In this document: piece by piece, positions 25,959 to 38,513 of the stretch
Layout: each line of letters begins with the position of its first letter
Position numbering within the stretch: position 1 is the stretch's first letter
NCBI GenBank assembly: GCA_951406725.2
Contig: OX597817.1
Span: 24,056,001-24,120,000 of the forward strand
Direction: 5' to 3'
Length of the DNA stretch: 64,000 bases
Source of the DNA: Octopus vulgaris
Taxonomy: Eukaryota
The notes under the pieces: model-generated
The model's input: only the letters and a program-made list of their open reading frames with translations
Told to the model about the DNA's origin: nothing
The model's database searches: none
Translations under genes and position numbers: made by a program

Positions 25959-26399
25959 AATATTCTTAATTACTTCAAGTGTCTTTTCAACCTCGTTTAT
26001 TTGACGCTCTACTTCCGAAAGAAAAAAGCTTCCTTTTCACAAATTTTTTTTTTATTTTTATATTTATGGATTTGAGTTTTTTTTTTTCGTGCGAGCCAGA
26101 ACGGTCAAGAAAAAGAAAAATGATTCTGACAAGAGTTTGAGAATTTGCTCCTTTTTATGTGGGGATTATGGCTCAAAATGCTATCATTTGAAATAGAGTT
26201 TACTTGGTTATAGACCTGCACGAGGTCAGAGGGTCATGTAACAGTATGAATGATATTTTCTCTAAAAGTTAAAGCTGTATTAGTCCGGTGAATGTATCAT
26301 GTGGTAGCATGAACAGGAGGATATCTGCATAGCTAAAAATAAAGATATAACTTATTTGTGCGTACGCAAGTGGCAGTATGTACTGTATATGATTTTCTA

Positions 26400-26945
26400 T
26401 GTTTGTCTACGTTTATTTTTGAGAATGTGAACTTCGATTGTGTGATGTCGCAGGTCGATTTTCTGTTATAGCTTATTTAGTAGCTTGTGGGATGAATTTT
26501 CAGATGCTTTCTCGTGATAGTAGCAGTTGCGAAAGAGGATTATATGGAAGACCAGAGTGAAAGGTGTAATGTCAGACACCATGACCTCTAGCACCGCCCT
26601 AACGAACTTCTTCAGATTCCATCTGAAGAGGAAGGTCGAGCTAGAGAAAAGGTGTCTGACAGAGTCTATATTCACACGGATGCTGGGTGTGAAAGGCCCT
26701 TCATGAACACGCCATGATTACCTACCAAAAGGTTTCAGCTGAAATAACAGGGCTCATGGGGTCGTCTATTCTGTTCTTTTATCTTCATTTGTTTATTTTG
26801 TTTATTTGTCCTTATTTAATTTTCATTGTAAATTCATCTCATTGGAAATAACCCACCCGTTCTTATTGTAAAAAGTTCCATGTTGACCCCAAACATTGTA
26901 TTGTCCCCATCTGTGTTAATCCGTATGGATAATAAAGAAATTAAA
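26400..26945 (+). mobile_element. Tx1/L1-type LINE 3' end
   Basis: VAVAKE / IIWKTRVKG..LTNFFRFHLKRKVELEKRCL resembles the ORF2 C-terminus. Followed by a T-rich 3'UTR and aataaagaaattaaa. Confidence 0.65.
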
Positions 26946-26959
26946 CGTATTTCTTTTGA

Positions 26960-27650
26960 CAAGTAGTGTATGTTGCCACTTCTTGGACTATTGATGTTAT
27001 ATTTTAGCAAGTAGTTTGGCGCTGCTGTGTACCTTTTTTCTTAGAGATTTGGTTGTCTTTTGCTTTACCTTATTTTGTTGACATCGAGTACATTTGTCAT
27101 TCTTCGGTATTGCTTCGATAATGGAATGTATTATGAATAGCATTGTATAGTTCTCTCTTTATTTTATGTGCTGTGATGTATGGTAAATTGTTTGAAGATT
27201 TAAAATTGTTTTGGCCTTTCTTGAATGTCGATTGTTTTGGTACGTTCTACTTCTTTATCAATTAACTTTGTTGGATATCGTCTTTTATGCAGTATAATTG
27301 TCTTAATTCTTGGAGTCAAATTTCGAGTTTCAAAATTCAAAGTTCTTCGCACTAGATTAACTGGTGTGTTTGTCTTGGTATAATTTAGGTGGCAATATCA
27401 GGTATTATTTAAAGTCTGTCAGTTTGAAATGGATGTTATTTTCAATGCTTGTTTCTCTTTTATTATTAAAATGTCTTAGAAATATAGTTGAATTTGATTG
27501 TAGTCCATTGTGAACTGTGTGCTGTTTATGCTATCAATTAGGATTTTAAAACTAATTTGTTAAGACTGTATGCCCACGCAGTATTCCAAGTAAGGTTTCC
27601 CATTATCTATTAAATATTTTTGATAGCTGATGTTGTACGTTAGTCAATAT
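26960..27650 (-). pseudogene. Decayed Penelope-like RT thumb/linker fragment
   Basis: Minus-strand KLTDFK*YL (cf. KPTDSxQYL), PVNLVRR (cf. IPFNLARR) and PYITAH (cf. PYVTTHNP). Confidence 0.55.
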
Positions 27651-28754
27651 CAGTCATATATTTGGTTTTCAAATTATGCCATTCTAAAATCGAGTAAGTC
27701 GAGGTAACTTTTGTTCCCACTGTAGTTCCAGATATTGTTTGCAAACTTATTGGACTGGAAAAATTTCATAGTTGTGATTTTGTGTGTTGCATTAATTTAA
27801 TTCCTTCAGTATTTAATATTTTTCTATACAGCTTAGAAATTATTTAGGTACTCTTTAATTCTAATAAAGTTGGTGGAGCAGATATAAGTTTCTGCTTTTG
27901 CATTAAAACTATAGTAGGCAGTCTTTCCCCGATTTGAAATGTTTCAGTATAGATAATCAAAAGTACTAAATAACGAAAATATGCACAATGAAAATACAAA
28001 CTACTAATTACTGAATAAACTATGCCACTGAATGAGTTGTTACGTTATTGTCGCTCATATTCTCACAGATATACAACCAAATGCACCACTTATTGTCAAT
28101 CGCATATAAAGTAATCTATTTCTCAATTTCTAACTAATCTGAATCCTGCTTATCATACTGTAACATGACACAATCACTGGATAAATAGAGCCTTGATTTG
28201 GGCACAGTCGTAGTCCATACTGGCACATGTTCTTATAAACGGACATAAAGCGAAATCATTATTCAGTGTGTCACCTAGGATATTCATTGAAATTTGGCTT
28301 TTAGCGCAATTATCATTCATTCAGTTACAATATCCTCTAGTCTCATAATCAACTTTAACGTACCATATTCTACTGTAAATGAAAACTGAGCTTTGATATC
28401 CCATTAAAAGGGACAGCTTTACAAATTACAGTCATATTTGAGTGAAATACGCTGTTAAAATAGGTCCCTCCATCTCACATTACATAAAAAAAATCACAAA
28501 ATAGGAAATCAGTAAAATAAATGCAATTATATTAATTTTTAAAGATTCGAAGTGTATTTTTAGTTACTTTTCTGTATATACAAACAAAAAGAAACACGCA
28601 CACATGGAGAGAGTTAGTGAGACTATTGATGGGCAGGTTTTGAGACTGGAGAACTGATTTCCTCCCATTCAACAACCAAAAGGGGACATTTCTTTTGGCC
28701 AGATTCCATTCCTATATCAGCTGAAAATATCAATTCCAGCTTCTTTTTACCATT

Positions 28755-29143
28755 ATTCTTTTATTGTTTTATCTTATTTCAGTCATTTGACTGTGGCCAT
28801 GCTGGAGCAGTGCCTTTAGTCGAACAAATCGACTCCAGGACTTATTCTTTGTAAGCCTAGTACTTATTCTATCGGTCTCTTAAGCCGAGCAGCTAAGTTC
28901 TGGGGTCGTAAACGCACCAACATCGGAGTCAGGTGACAGTGGGGGGAGGGACAGACACAAACACACGAATACATACAGATATATATGACGAGCTTCTTTT
29001 CAGTTTATATTCTACCAAACCCACTCACAAGGCTTTGGTCAGCCCTTGACTATAGTAGAACACACTTACCCAAGATGCCACGCAATGGGACTGAACCCAG
29101 AATCATGTGGTTGGGAAGCAGACTTCTTACCACACAACCACTC
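28755..29143 (-). mobile_element. SINE family A, diverged
   Basis: Reverse complement of the family A consensus seen elsewhere in the window. Confidence 0.88.
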
Positions 29144-30059
29144 AACATTTTAGCATAAATTTTGGGGTCATCCACAAAGTAATTATGGTTTGCATTGGTA
29201 CCTCTAGTAGCTGCTGACCCTAGCATGTCACTATTTGTTATGTTATATGTTTTGTAGGAGGAATGAAAATGGATTTAATGCCGAAATGAGCAGAATTACA
29301 AAAGGACTATCTTCTTGGAATATTCCTTTTGAAATATATATATATAACATTGGAGACAATCGATCTGCTCTCAAATCTGAGGTCTGCGAGAGCCTCTCAG
29401 AAGCAGAAGTTAAGGTAGCAGGCACGTTTACCAAATTTCAGGAGCCATGACTGTGAAACAAAAAACGAATGCCTTCCTATAATCGAGTCATACCGTGGCA
29501 AGGCACCTATGGTATAAATGCATGCCAGACAGTTCAGCTTTGTGTATCAAAAGGTTTTCGGCACAACCCCACACTTCCAGCATTTCTCATGCCTGCTTAC
29601 CAGGCACTGTGCAGTTGGACTCGCAACGATCCTCGATGGATTGGTTGAGACGGCTTGTGCAGAGTTTGCGCATAATGTATAGACAAGCAATATGTGTCTG
29701 TGCTATAGTAAACCAATTTCGTATGTCAATCTGACTTTCGTTTGCACATTTGAATATACATATTTGTGGTTTTCTGTAAAACGTCCCTTTATGAATGTGT
29801 ATGTTTATGTGAATATATATGTATATGTGTATGTGCGTGTGTGCGTGTGTGTGTGTGTTTGTATGTGTGTGTATACATATGTGTCTATAAGTGTTATTAT
29901 GACGGTATGAATGTATGTAAGCATACACTCATAAAAATTACCCCGCATGTGCCAACTTAGTCATAGGGCTTCATGAAATATAATCTATGAGAAATCATCC
30001 GAAACTTCTGAAGAAGAAGAAGAAGAATACAGCTGTTTTTTTATTAAAGAAAACTGGAA

Positions 30060-31010
30060 GAGGATTCTATATGATTGTTTTATTTTATGGAGGGAAAAAT
30101 ACTGACAATTCAAAAATTTTATAAACAGCTTAATACTTACATTGACTTAACTACGCAATTCAGCAAATTTAAAGTTCCTTTGTTAGACAGACAATCGACA
30201 TTACAAGAAGGAATTCACAACGGGAAACTGATGTTCACTTTAAACCCACCGACTCACGACAATACCTCCTCTGCAAATCATGTCACTGAAAGCACACATG
30301 AAAAAGCATCTCATACAGGCTAGCTGAATGAATAAACACAATGGTATCAAACTCTGAACCAATAAGCCGAATATTTAAGTAAAAGAAAGAAATACATATA
30401 AGAAAATACCCCATAAAATTAATTGAATTTGCGATTCAGAAATCCCAGCAAATTGACATTAGAAACCTCGAAGATCAAAACCCAAGAAAGAAGAAAATAC
30501 TGTCCTATGTATTTCAATTTTTATCCAAGAAACACCGAATTTTGTTTTCTAAAATATATGTAAATCTACCAATATTACTACAGAACAAAAATAGGAAAAG
30601 GTCTTGGAAAAGCATGCAATTATATTATTAAAAAGTAAGTAAAATCATTAAAAAGGATTTTAATCAAGGCAAAGCTACGTAGTCAAACGGCTGACCATAA
30701 CGTAAGCAACTGCGGAGTATGTAGTTACTTATTTGAATGTCCTAAATACCACTTCAAAGAGATCTCTACCTTTAAAATTAGAAACAACTCCTCCAATAAT
30801 TCGGAAAACCTAGTGTACATTATGAGATGTAAAGTTTGCTGAGAACACTACATTGGACAAATGGGTATTACACAAAGAAAAGGAATGACGGTAAACCGAC
30901 AACAAATCAGGGAACCATACACAACAGAAAAACATTGCTGAGTTAACGTATAGATAGCTATGAGCGACAAATCTTATATATCCCAAACTCACCTTCATGA
31001 TACGTTTAAC
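30060..31010 (+). pseudogene. Decayed Penelope-like ORF (RT thumb plus GIY-YIG endonuclease)
   Basis: KPTDSRQYL at ~30242. LVYIMRCKVC*EHYIGQMGITQRKGMTVNRQQIREP at ~30810 is the PLE GIY-YIG motif. Confidence 0.8.
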
Positions 31011-31144
31011 AATATCGTTTCAGTTGAACTATGATACAAAACATTTCTTCTCTGAAAACGTATCACTATATTTATATTTTTCATACATATAAGCACAAGA
31101 AATAAAATCATTTCCTACGAATATTAAAACGTTAAACTTCTTTT

Positions 31145-31803
31145 AATTACACATAAACAAAATTGAATACATACACAGGGTATGTGCTGTTAATTTGAAG
31201 GTTGGCTGCGGTTCTTAGGTGTAAGAGGGTATGTTCACTCTGCATCTGGTGTAAAAAAACACCTAAAAGTAAGTCTCAATCAAACGAGACATCTCGCATA
31301 AGGCCTTTTCATGGAGCAACAGACATCGATGTTTCATCATTGTTTCGACTTATCAATACCAAAAACCGAACAAGGGCTGAAACAAGCCATATCACCAATT
31401 ATGACAATATGCTAGATGGTTTAGATACCATCTGCTGGCATGTCCCAACGTTTCATGCCACGGAAAAAAAATCAACTATGAATCAGAAGCAGCTTGAGAT
31501 ATATAAACAAGATTGAACACACATACTCAGGGTGTGTGTGTGTGTGTGTGTTGTTAGTTCGGGGTCGGCTGCGGTTTTTAGGCGTAAGAGAATATATTCT
31601 CTATGTCAAATCACCTGATCGATGTCTTTCGCTCCAAGAAAGGACCTGCTGTGGGTTGTTTCGCTTGACTGTGACTTATATACGGGTGATTTGTTTTTAC
31701 ACTTAGGCACTTAGATTATATATTCTCTTATGCCTAAAAGCAGCAGCCAACACTCGAACAACACACACCCAGTGTGTATGTGTGTTCGACTTTGTTTATA
31801 TAC
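31145..31803. mobile_element. Cluster of three Penelope-like pLTR copies, two tandem and one inverted
   Basis: 31145-31400 and 31500-31600 are direct copies, and 31618-31803 is inverted. Another copy lies at 45795-46050. Confidence 0.7.
31315..31362 (-). ncRNA. Degenerate minimal type I hammerhead ribozyme motif
   Basis: Minus strand reads ttgataa-gtc..gat-gaaa-catcgatg-tc-tgttgc, with palindromic stem III and a GUC site. Confidence 0.5.
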
Positions 31804-31819
31804 CCCAGGCTGAAGCTAC

Positions 31820-32170
31820 TTCTAATTCAGTTTTACTTCAAGATTTCTTGCCAATGGGAAAAGAGCTGGTTTCCAGTCTAGATCAAAAGCTCCTTCAATG
31901 GAATTTCAACATCAACAACAGGGTATTTTTGTATGTATGGTTTGTTTTATGTATGTCTTCTCATGCATATACTTGCATATCTAGACATGTTCATATATAC
32001 TTAAATGATAAACTTCTCCTAAGTTATACAGATTTTTACAGTTCCAGTGATGGATTGGATCTGTAGTCTTCGAATCAGCTTTCTCCTTTCGGGTTTTGAG
32101 AACCCTAATTTCTCAAGATTGGTATTTAGGCAGTGTGTTACATATTCTAGTGCCCCAGTAATTACAGGTA
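31820..32170 (-). mobile_element. R4/Dong-like (REL endonuclease) LINE 3' end
   Basis: PVITGALEYVTHCLNTNLEKLGFSKPERRKLIRRLQIQSITGTVKIC followed by a 3'UTR. Confidence 0.7.
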
Positions 32171-32977
32171 TAAATCTGAACTTGTAATGTATGTCTATAT
32201 ATGTATGAATGCATATACAGATATAAACTTTGATGCATTTTCAACGTTTCCTCATAATTACACACACACACACATACGTGTGTGTGTGTGTATATATGTA
32301 CAAATAGATATATGTTTTTATATACATACGCAATATATGATTTTCCATGTCATCATCATCATCACCATCATTGTCATTATCATTATCCTGTTATGTTAGC
32401 CTTCTATGTTTATATTGGCTGCATAAGATATCATTGGTGCAGTTAGTAGGTACTCAAATGTTTAATGTGTACCTAGATATGTTGGGTGACTACTTCCTAA
32501 TAACACTTCATTTTTAGCTTCCTAATTTTTCGATGGACGATTTTGATAACACCAAAACCCAGTGTACTGGGTTCTTTATTCGTAGCACCAACACTAAAGG
32601 GTTGATATGTCCTTGGCAAGGCAAAAAGCATTCTCACAATCTCACACGTTGTTGGACATACTGAGTGTGATTTTCCTGACACCATCACTAGTAAAATAGC
32701 CATGTTGAAGACTAGACAAAAGAGGCCACAGAAACCCTCATCTCGCTTCATCACCAAACTCTTAACAAAAGAGTATGAGTGATAGGGTGATTAATGTTAG
32801 TGGTGGCGATGATGTGATGGGGAAAGAATACTAGAAATACTCAGTATTCTGAGTTAGGTGAATCAGAAAGTTTAGCCTTTGTTATACAAAAAGTCATATT
32901 GGTCATGTTTAGAAACCCTTTGATCAGAGAGTCCTGTGGTTTAACAATGAAACCAACAACTACAGCAACAGTAGCAG

Positions 32978-33186
32978 CCGTCCAAGAATTTGGACCTGGA
33001 AACCTCCATTTCCAGCGACTTCGAGGGCCACCTCCCAGTGGTGTCGGGCGTCAACAAAGAGCCGTCGACTACAACAAGACAACCAAAGTTTTTTTCCCAG
33101 AGTCTGGGTGTCTCCAGCCCCTAAGCCCTAGACCATCACCTAATCATCCTTACCCGTCTTGTTGCTTAACAACAACAAAAACAACA
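32978..33186 (+). mobile_element. Headless ~210-bp structured retroposon with (CAA)n tail, copy 1
   Basis: 16-bp TSD acagcaacagtagcag at 32962-32977 and 33187-33202. Near-identical copy at 58513. Confidence 0.8.
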
Positions 33187-34431
33187 ACAGCAACAGTAGC
33201 AGATGGAGTGAAAAAAGGACAGTATTTTAGGATTGCTGATTCATATGAACGTTCCATGATTTGCATTTAGTTTTCTTGTAGTAGTTAAGCTGTTTCACAA
33301 AATGAAATAATTACTCTTTACTTTTCTGAAAATCTGCTGTGTTTTAGAGGGAAACATCCAGCCTAACATGGATAGAAACCTTACAATATGTGATAATACA
33401 AAACGTTGAGGAAAAAAATTGATAATAAACTTTGAAGAAAAAGACATCAGCAAAGAAAATCTAACAACTGAACTGAAAGAACAACACTGAAGTGAATGCA
33501 GATAAAGAAGGAGAAAAAACAGTAAAAAACACTTTAAAATAGAAGCAAATCTGTTTTGCAAATCATAAATATAAAATATGTCAGTCATAAATTATTACTA
33601 AAACAAACCCTGATTTCTGCAAAAAGGTTTTATATGGTTCAAGAATTTCACATACATTACGCACTTAGTTGTTGAAATTACATATATATGAATGTATATA
33701 TGAGATATATATGTGCATGTCTGTATATATATACATATATATATATAATGCACATATTTATGTATGTGTTTGCATGGTTCTCTCTCACTTTCTCTAACAC
33801 TATTTGTTTCTTTCCAACCGTCCCTGTTTTTCTCTATCCTTCCTATTTTTTCCTTCTCCGCATGCTGTTTTCATGTTTTTCTTTCAATTAAACAGAAAGC
33901 AACACTGCTTATGTTCCTTTAATCTGTGATTTTTCTCTTTCATTACACTGTGTGATGGATGTCTTTTTGCTGTTACTCTTTGTTCTCTGTTTGTCTTGCT
34001 ATTTTTACCCACATCGAAAGGCCCCAGTCTAATTTACTTTTTAGCTATAATTCTCGAAAGATCATTGTTTCTACCTTGTTTTTTTTTTTTTCTGATGAAA
34101 TCCTTCGGCTACCATCTTGCATTTTTAACTTTCAAATACACTCACATTTGTTCCTGTTATTGTTCCAGTTTTCTAATTTTTGTTCCTCGCAGCTTCAAGA
34201 CTACTTCCTAATAACATCACTAGATGGAGTCGACGTATCAAAATGTGTCAAAACTGCAATGATATCTAGCTAATAAAATGATTTTACAAATTCATATTCA
34301 TTTGCTTTTTTTTGCATTTTTTGGTTTTTACCGTATAACTTTACTCACATGCTCACCCACACACATATATACATATATATGCGTGTGTGTACATACAAAC
34401 ATACGTACATACATACATTTACACATATGTA

Positions 34432-34980
34432 TAGGGTGTTCCAAAAGAAACAGTGCACTGAACATTTTCATAGGTATACATAAAGAAACAGTGCACTGAA
34501 CACAAGAAAGGATATTTATAGTTGAAAATGTTTTCGTGTCAGTATGGCTGCAGTTGGTGATGTCTTTGGGGATCGTGTGATCTCTCGTGGTTTGTGGCCA
34601 CCTCGATCACCGGATTTAACACCTCCTGACTTTTATTTGTGGGGCAAATTGAAAGACTCAGTGTATGCAGACAATCCTCGAACTACGGATGAACTGAAGC
34701 AGAAAATAACAAGTGTTATTCAAAACATCAAACCTGATGAACTTGAGTGTGTTTTTCAAAACACGCAGCGTCGCGCTCGTTTATGTCTGCAGGTGAATGG
34801 CGCACACTTTCAACAGTTATTGTAGATCATATCTTACTGCACGAGTCAATCCTCAATCGTACTTTAGTTGATAAGGTATTAAATTTGTGAATATTTGCAA
34901 TAAATAGTATTTTTCTGTGAGTTTTGTTTCTTTGGGTTATTAGCATATTCCTACTGCACTGTTTCTTTTGAAACACCCTG
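34432..34980 (+). mobile_element. Internally deleted Tc1/mariner-superfamily element retaining the transposase C-terminus
   Basis: TIRs agggtgttccaaaagaaacagtgca / tgcactgtttcttttgaaacaccctg with TA flanks. ORF 34544-34825 contains WPPRSPDLTPPDFYLWGKLKDSVY...NGAHFQQLL. Confidence 0.9.
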
Positions 34981-34987
34981 TATAAGT

Positions 34988-35060
<73 letters not shown>

Positions 35061-35270
35061 CACATATATAGATGAGTGTATTTTTCCCTTGTTAACAATT
35101 AACGCGGAAAAAATAGATAAATAGTTACCAGGGTAGCAAAAAAATCACACAAGTAAAGAGGTTGTAACTCCTTGTTTTTAAAGGTAGAAACTTCGGGTTT
35201 ACGTGGAATTTTTTGTGTAATATATAAATAAATAAATGGAGTTTAACGCAGGTATAATTCAAATACTTTT

Positions 35271-35353
35271 ACTTCCGACACACGTTTCGAAGATTTCACT
35301 GATATTATTCAAAAGAATAAAAGGTGTAAAGCAATTCTTCTCTTCGGGGAAGT
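35271..35353 (-). ncRNA. Type I hammerhead ribozyme fold with core variant CCGAAGA
   Basis: acttcc-ccgaaga-gaag..cttc-gaaa-cgtgtg-tc-ggaagt, with stem I acttcc/ggaagt and a GUC site. Confidence 0.7.
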
Positions 35354-35619
35354 GAAGAAATGAAACTCGTCAATAAGATATTTTAACAGAAAATGATGGA
35401 TATGTATAGTGATTTATTGAACGCTATTAGTATTGCTTGAAAAAACGTTATATGATATAACGTCAGAAGTAGCCTATAGAAAGAGGAGGGATATTTTTTA
35501 GTGAATGTTAAATATAAAAAGAAAATTAATGTTTAAATTATCTATAATGATAGAGTTTACTTATATGAACTAAAGGTATGTTTTTGCCAATGTTTACATC
35601 GGTATGCACGCTCTATAAT

Positions 35620-35700
35620 CTGAAGAGAAGATTACATTGCTTTATACCTTTTATTCTTTTGAATAATATCAGGGAAATCTTCGAAACATGTGTCGGAAGT
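35620..35700 (+). ncRNA. Hammerhead core with intact CUGAAGA but lacking the stem I 5' strand
   Basis: ctgaaga-gaagatt...aatcttc-gaaa-catgtg-tc-ggaagt. Confidence 0.65.
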
Positions 35701-35770
35701 AAAAGTATTTGAATTATACTTGCGTTAAACTCCATTTATTTATTTATATATACATATATATATTTCTATA

Positions 35771-35819
<49 letters not shown>

Positions 35820-35831
35820 CATATATATATA

Positions 35832-36495
35832 CAGTGGTGCACACTGTTCCGCTAATCCACTAGTTAACTTTTCATCCAGCGGATTAGCGTTGTCACTAAC
35901 TTTAAGTCCGCAAAAAAATTCATATGTTTGTTCCTGTCTGTTGTGAGCATGTCTTGAAGAGTCTGCTTGGTACGCTATTGGCTGACTACCTGTACACGTG
36001 ACAAGACGTGATTGTTTGACATAGCAGCAGCTAACTGAGCTAGCATTGCATAATTCTGCAATCTTGAGTTATGTTCACTTACGACGTTGCCACATTACAG
36101 ACAGTCTTACAGTGTCAGTGACAGCAGTGTACGTTATCAGTTTATCAAGTTATTGCTTATCGTTATGGAAGGTGAAGATGTTTTTGTTTAGCCTCATGAT
36201 GAAGGGCCTGTTGAGGAGTCTGCAACAGCTGTGAGTTAGGCAGAGGTCACTCAGGTTGTGAGCCAGGAGTCTCAGAACTCGTGGTCTCACATAGAGGACT
36301 ACTTTGTCCTTACATCAAGGGATAAGAGGAACGTTAAAATCCTGTATTTCTGGTGCATCATGTACTGGCCCAAGGAAACCACTATCAAGGAACAAGCAGT
36401 GAACCTCTTCAACTTGAAGTCACATTTCAAGAGCAAACACCCAGTGTATGCCATCCAGTTTGAGGAGAGGATCAAGGCCAGCTTTTTCCCTGTCC
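35832..36495 (+). mobile_element. hAT transposon 5' fragment with decayed BED zinc finger
   Basis: Start cagtggtgcacac with ccgctaatcc/ggattagcg subterminal repeats. Peptide WSHIEDYF..ILYFWCIMYWPK..NLFNLKSHFKSKHP follows the BED pattern W..F..C..C..NLxxHxxxxH. Confidence 0.7.
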
Positions 36496-36499
36496 TTAA

Positions 36500-37072
36500 C
36501 TATTTAGCATTCAAACTTGCTATATCCAGCCCAAATATTCTATGTTTTATGTTGAAAGCAACTAGACCCAGCCTCTTACACCTATTCTGAAATGTCATTC
36601 TAAAAATAAAAAATCGAATTATCGAAATCTTTAAACTATGAAATAATACATAATTAACTGAAGACAATATCAATGAAAAAGTAGGTAGTGGAGGAGTGTT
36701 GCATACCCTGAGCACACACAAGGGTAAAATAAAATTTAATTTAATAAATATATTTTCAGACGAATTCGTATTTCGTCAAAATGACAACAAGTTATTTTCC
36801 CTGCTTATCATTTACACATACGTAACAAAAGAAAAAAAGAGTTTTAATCGCTTGCCAGTTTTGAAAATAATCAAACCAAATTAATAAGTTCGAGATACTC
36901 ACCGAATGAATATTTCTACTAAATTTGGCAAAAATCCGTTCAGCCATTTTCCAGTAATTTTGCAAACACACAGACAAACGAAGATGTGTGATAACAATAA
37001 CATGCATTCGCTTATGCATGTGGGGTAAAAACAAGCATTACATTTGACTGAGTAATCTATATGCTAAAGGGT
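36500..37072. mobile_element. piggyBac-type MITE interrupted by a HINE-like element (~36680-37033, minus strand)
   Basis: ttaactatttagcattcaaac...ctatatgctaaaggg is homologous to 22932-23151. The insert has aaaatccgttcagcc..(acacagacaa)..gcattcgcttatgc. Confidence 0.65.
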
Positions 37073-37464
37073 CGAAAGCAGCAGTTTTTTTTTTAATCAA
37101 GTGTTTCTGGAGTGCTTTGAAATTTGCAGGATTCTGCTACCATGTCTGTGTGTGAGAAAAAAATGCTGATAGCCATTAACACACCTTGAAACTGCTTGTT
37201 ATTGGCAGCAGTACCCCTTGCATGACTGCATCTGTTGTGTATACACAATATTTTCTTTTGATGGATAAACAAATACAGAAAGAAATAAAGACACATACAT
37301 GCACACACACAGATAAATAGATATAAATTGTGAGGTTATGAGTGTGTATGTGTATCAATGTAAGTGTACGACTATGTTGTTCGTGAGTGTATAGTTATGT
37401 ATATGTGTTCTTAGCTGTATGTTTATAAGAACGTGTAATAAATGTAATGGCATTTTAAAATACA

Positions 37465-37584
37465 TATATATACACACACATATATATATATATACATATA
37501 TATATATAAATTTATATATAAATATATATACATATGTATGTATGTATTTATATATGTCTATATATATATATATATGTATGTATG

Positions 37585-37623
<39 letters not shown>

Positions 37624-37638
37624 GTATATGTATATATG

Positions 37639-37701
<63 letters not shown>

Positions 37702-37702
37702 A
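37465..37702. repeat. (AT)n/(ATGT)n microsatellite
   Basis: Direct reading. Confidence 0.95.
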
Positions 37703-38290
37703 CACGTCTATTAAATAACTAAACAAATACACAAACCAATCAAAACTACCTTGAATGTTAGACATACAACATGACGCCACGTAAAATGAAATAAATCATT
37801 TACAACAATATAACACTACATTGAATCAAGTGATAAGAACAAAATTTTTGTCAAATTAACTAAGTTTAAACCAACACCAATCAAATTCCCAGCAAGAGAT
37901 CAGAATACAAAGGAATCTCAAGGGACTAAATTAACTCAACTCAAAAGTTTATTTTAGAAAATTTACTGAAACTATCATGACAGTGAGAATAAAAAAGTAT
38001 TTATAACCAAACTATGATGTCAAGAGAATATAAAGAATGTGGATGCTTCTTCTCATAATGTTCAACAATGAACTGGTAGTCATTTGAGAATAGAATGAAA
38101 TACCTTACAGTATTTATTCTAGTTCATTGCATTCTGAATTCAAATCTTATGAAGGTTAGTTTTACCTCTCATCCTTTTGGGGTTCAATAAAATCGAAGGT
38201 AGTGAAACAGTGGAATTCTTAGAGTGTCAGATAAGACATCTGTCAATATTTGTTTCAGCTCTTTCTATTCTAAGTTCATAAATATTGGTT

Positions 38291-38462
38291 AAGCATAGGT
38301 GTGGCTGTGTGGTAAGTAGCTTGCTTACCAACCACATGGTTCCGGGTTCAGTCCCACTGCGTGGCACCTTAGGCAAGTGTCTTCTACTATAGCCTCGGGC
38401 CAGCAAATGCCTTGTGAGTGGATTTGTTGAACAGAAACTGAAAGAAGCCCGTCGTATATATA

Positions 38463-38513
<51 letters not shown>

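Larger units (their letters stand above)
35221..35750. mobile_element. Penelope-like inverted pLTR pair (~130-bp arms)
   Basis: 35221-35348 is the reverse complement of 35620-35750. Flanked by (AT)n. Confidence 0.8.

Noticed and set aside
29235-29734. Two moderately complex ORFs with a plausible acceptor at ~29257
   Set aside because: There is no recognisable domain, stops interrupt all frames and no partner exons are visible; probably a decayed repeat.
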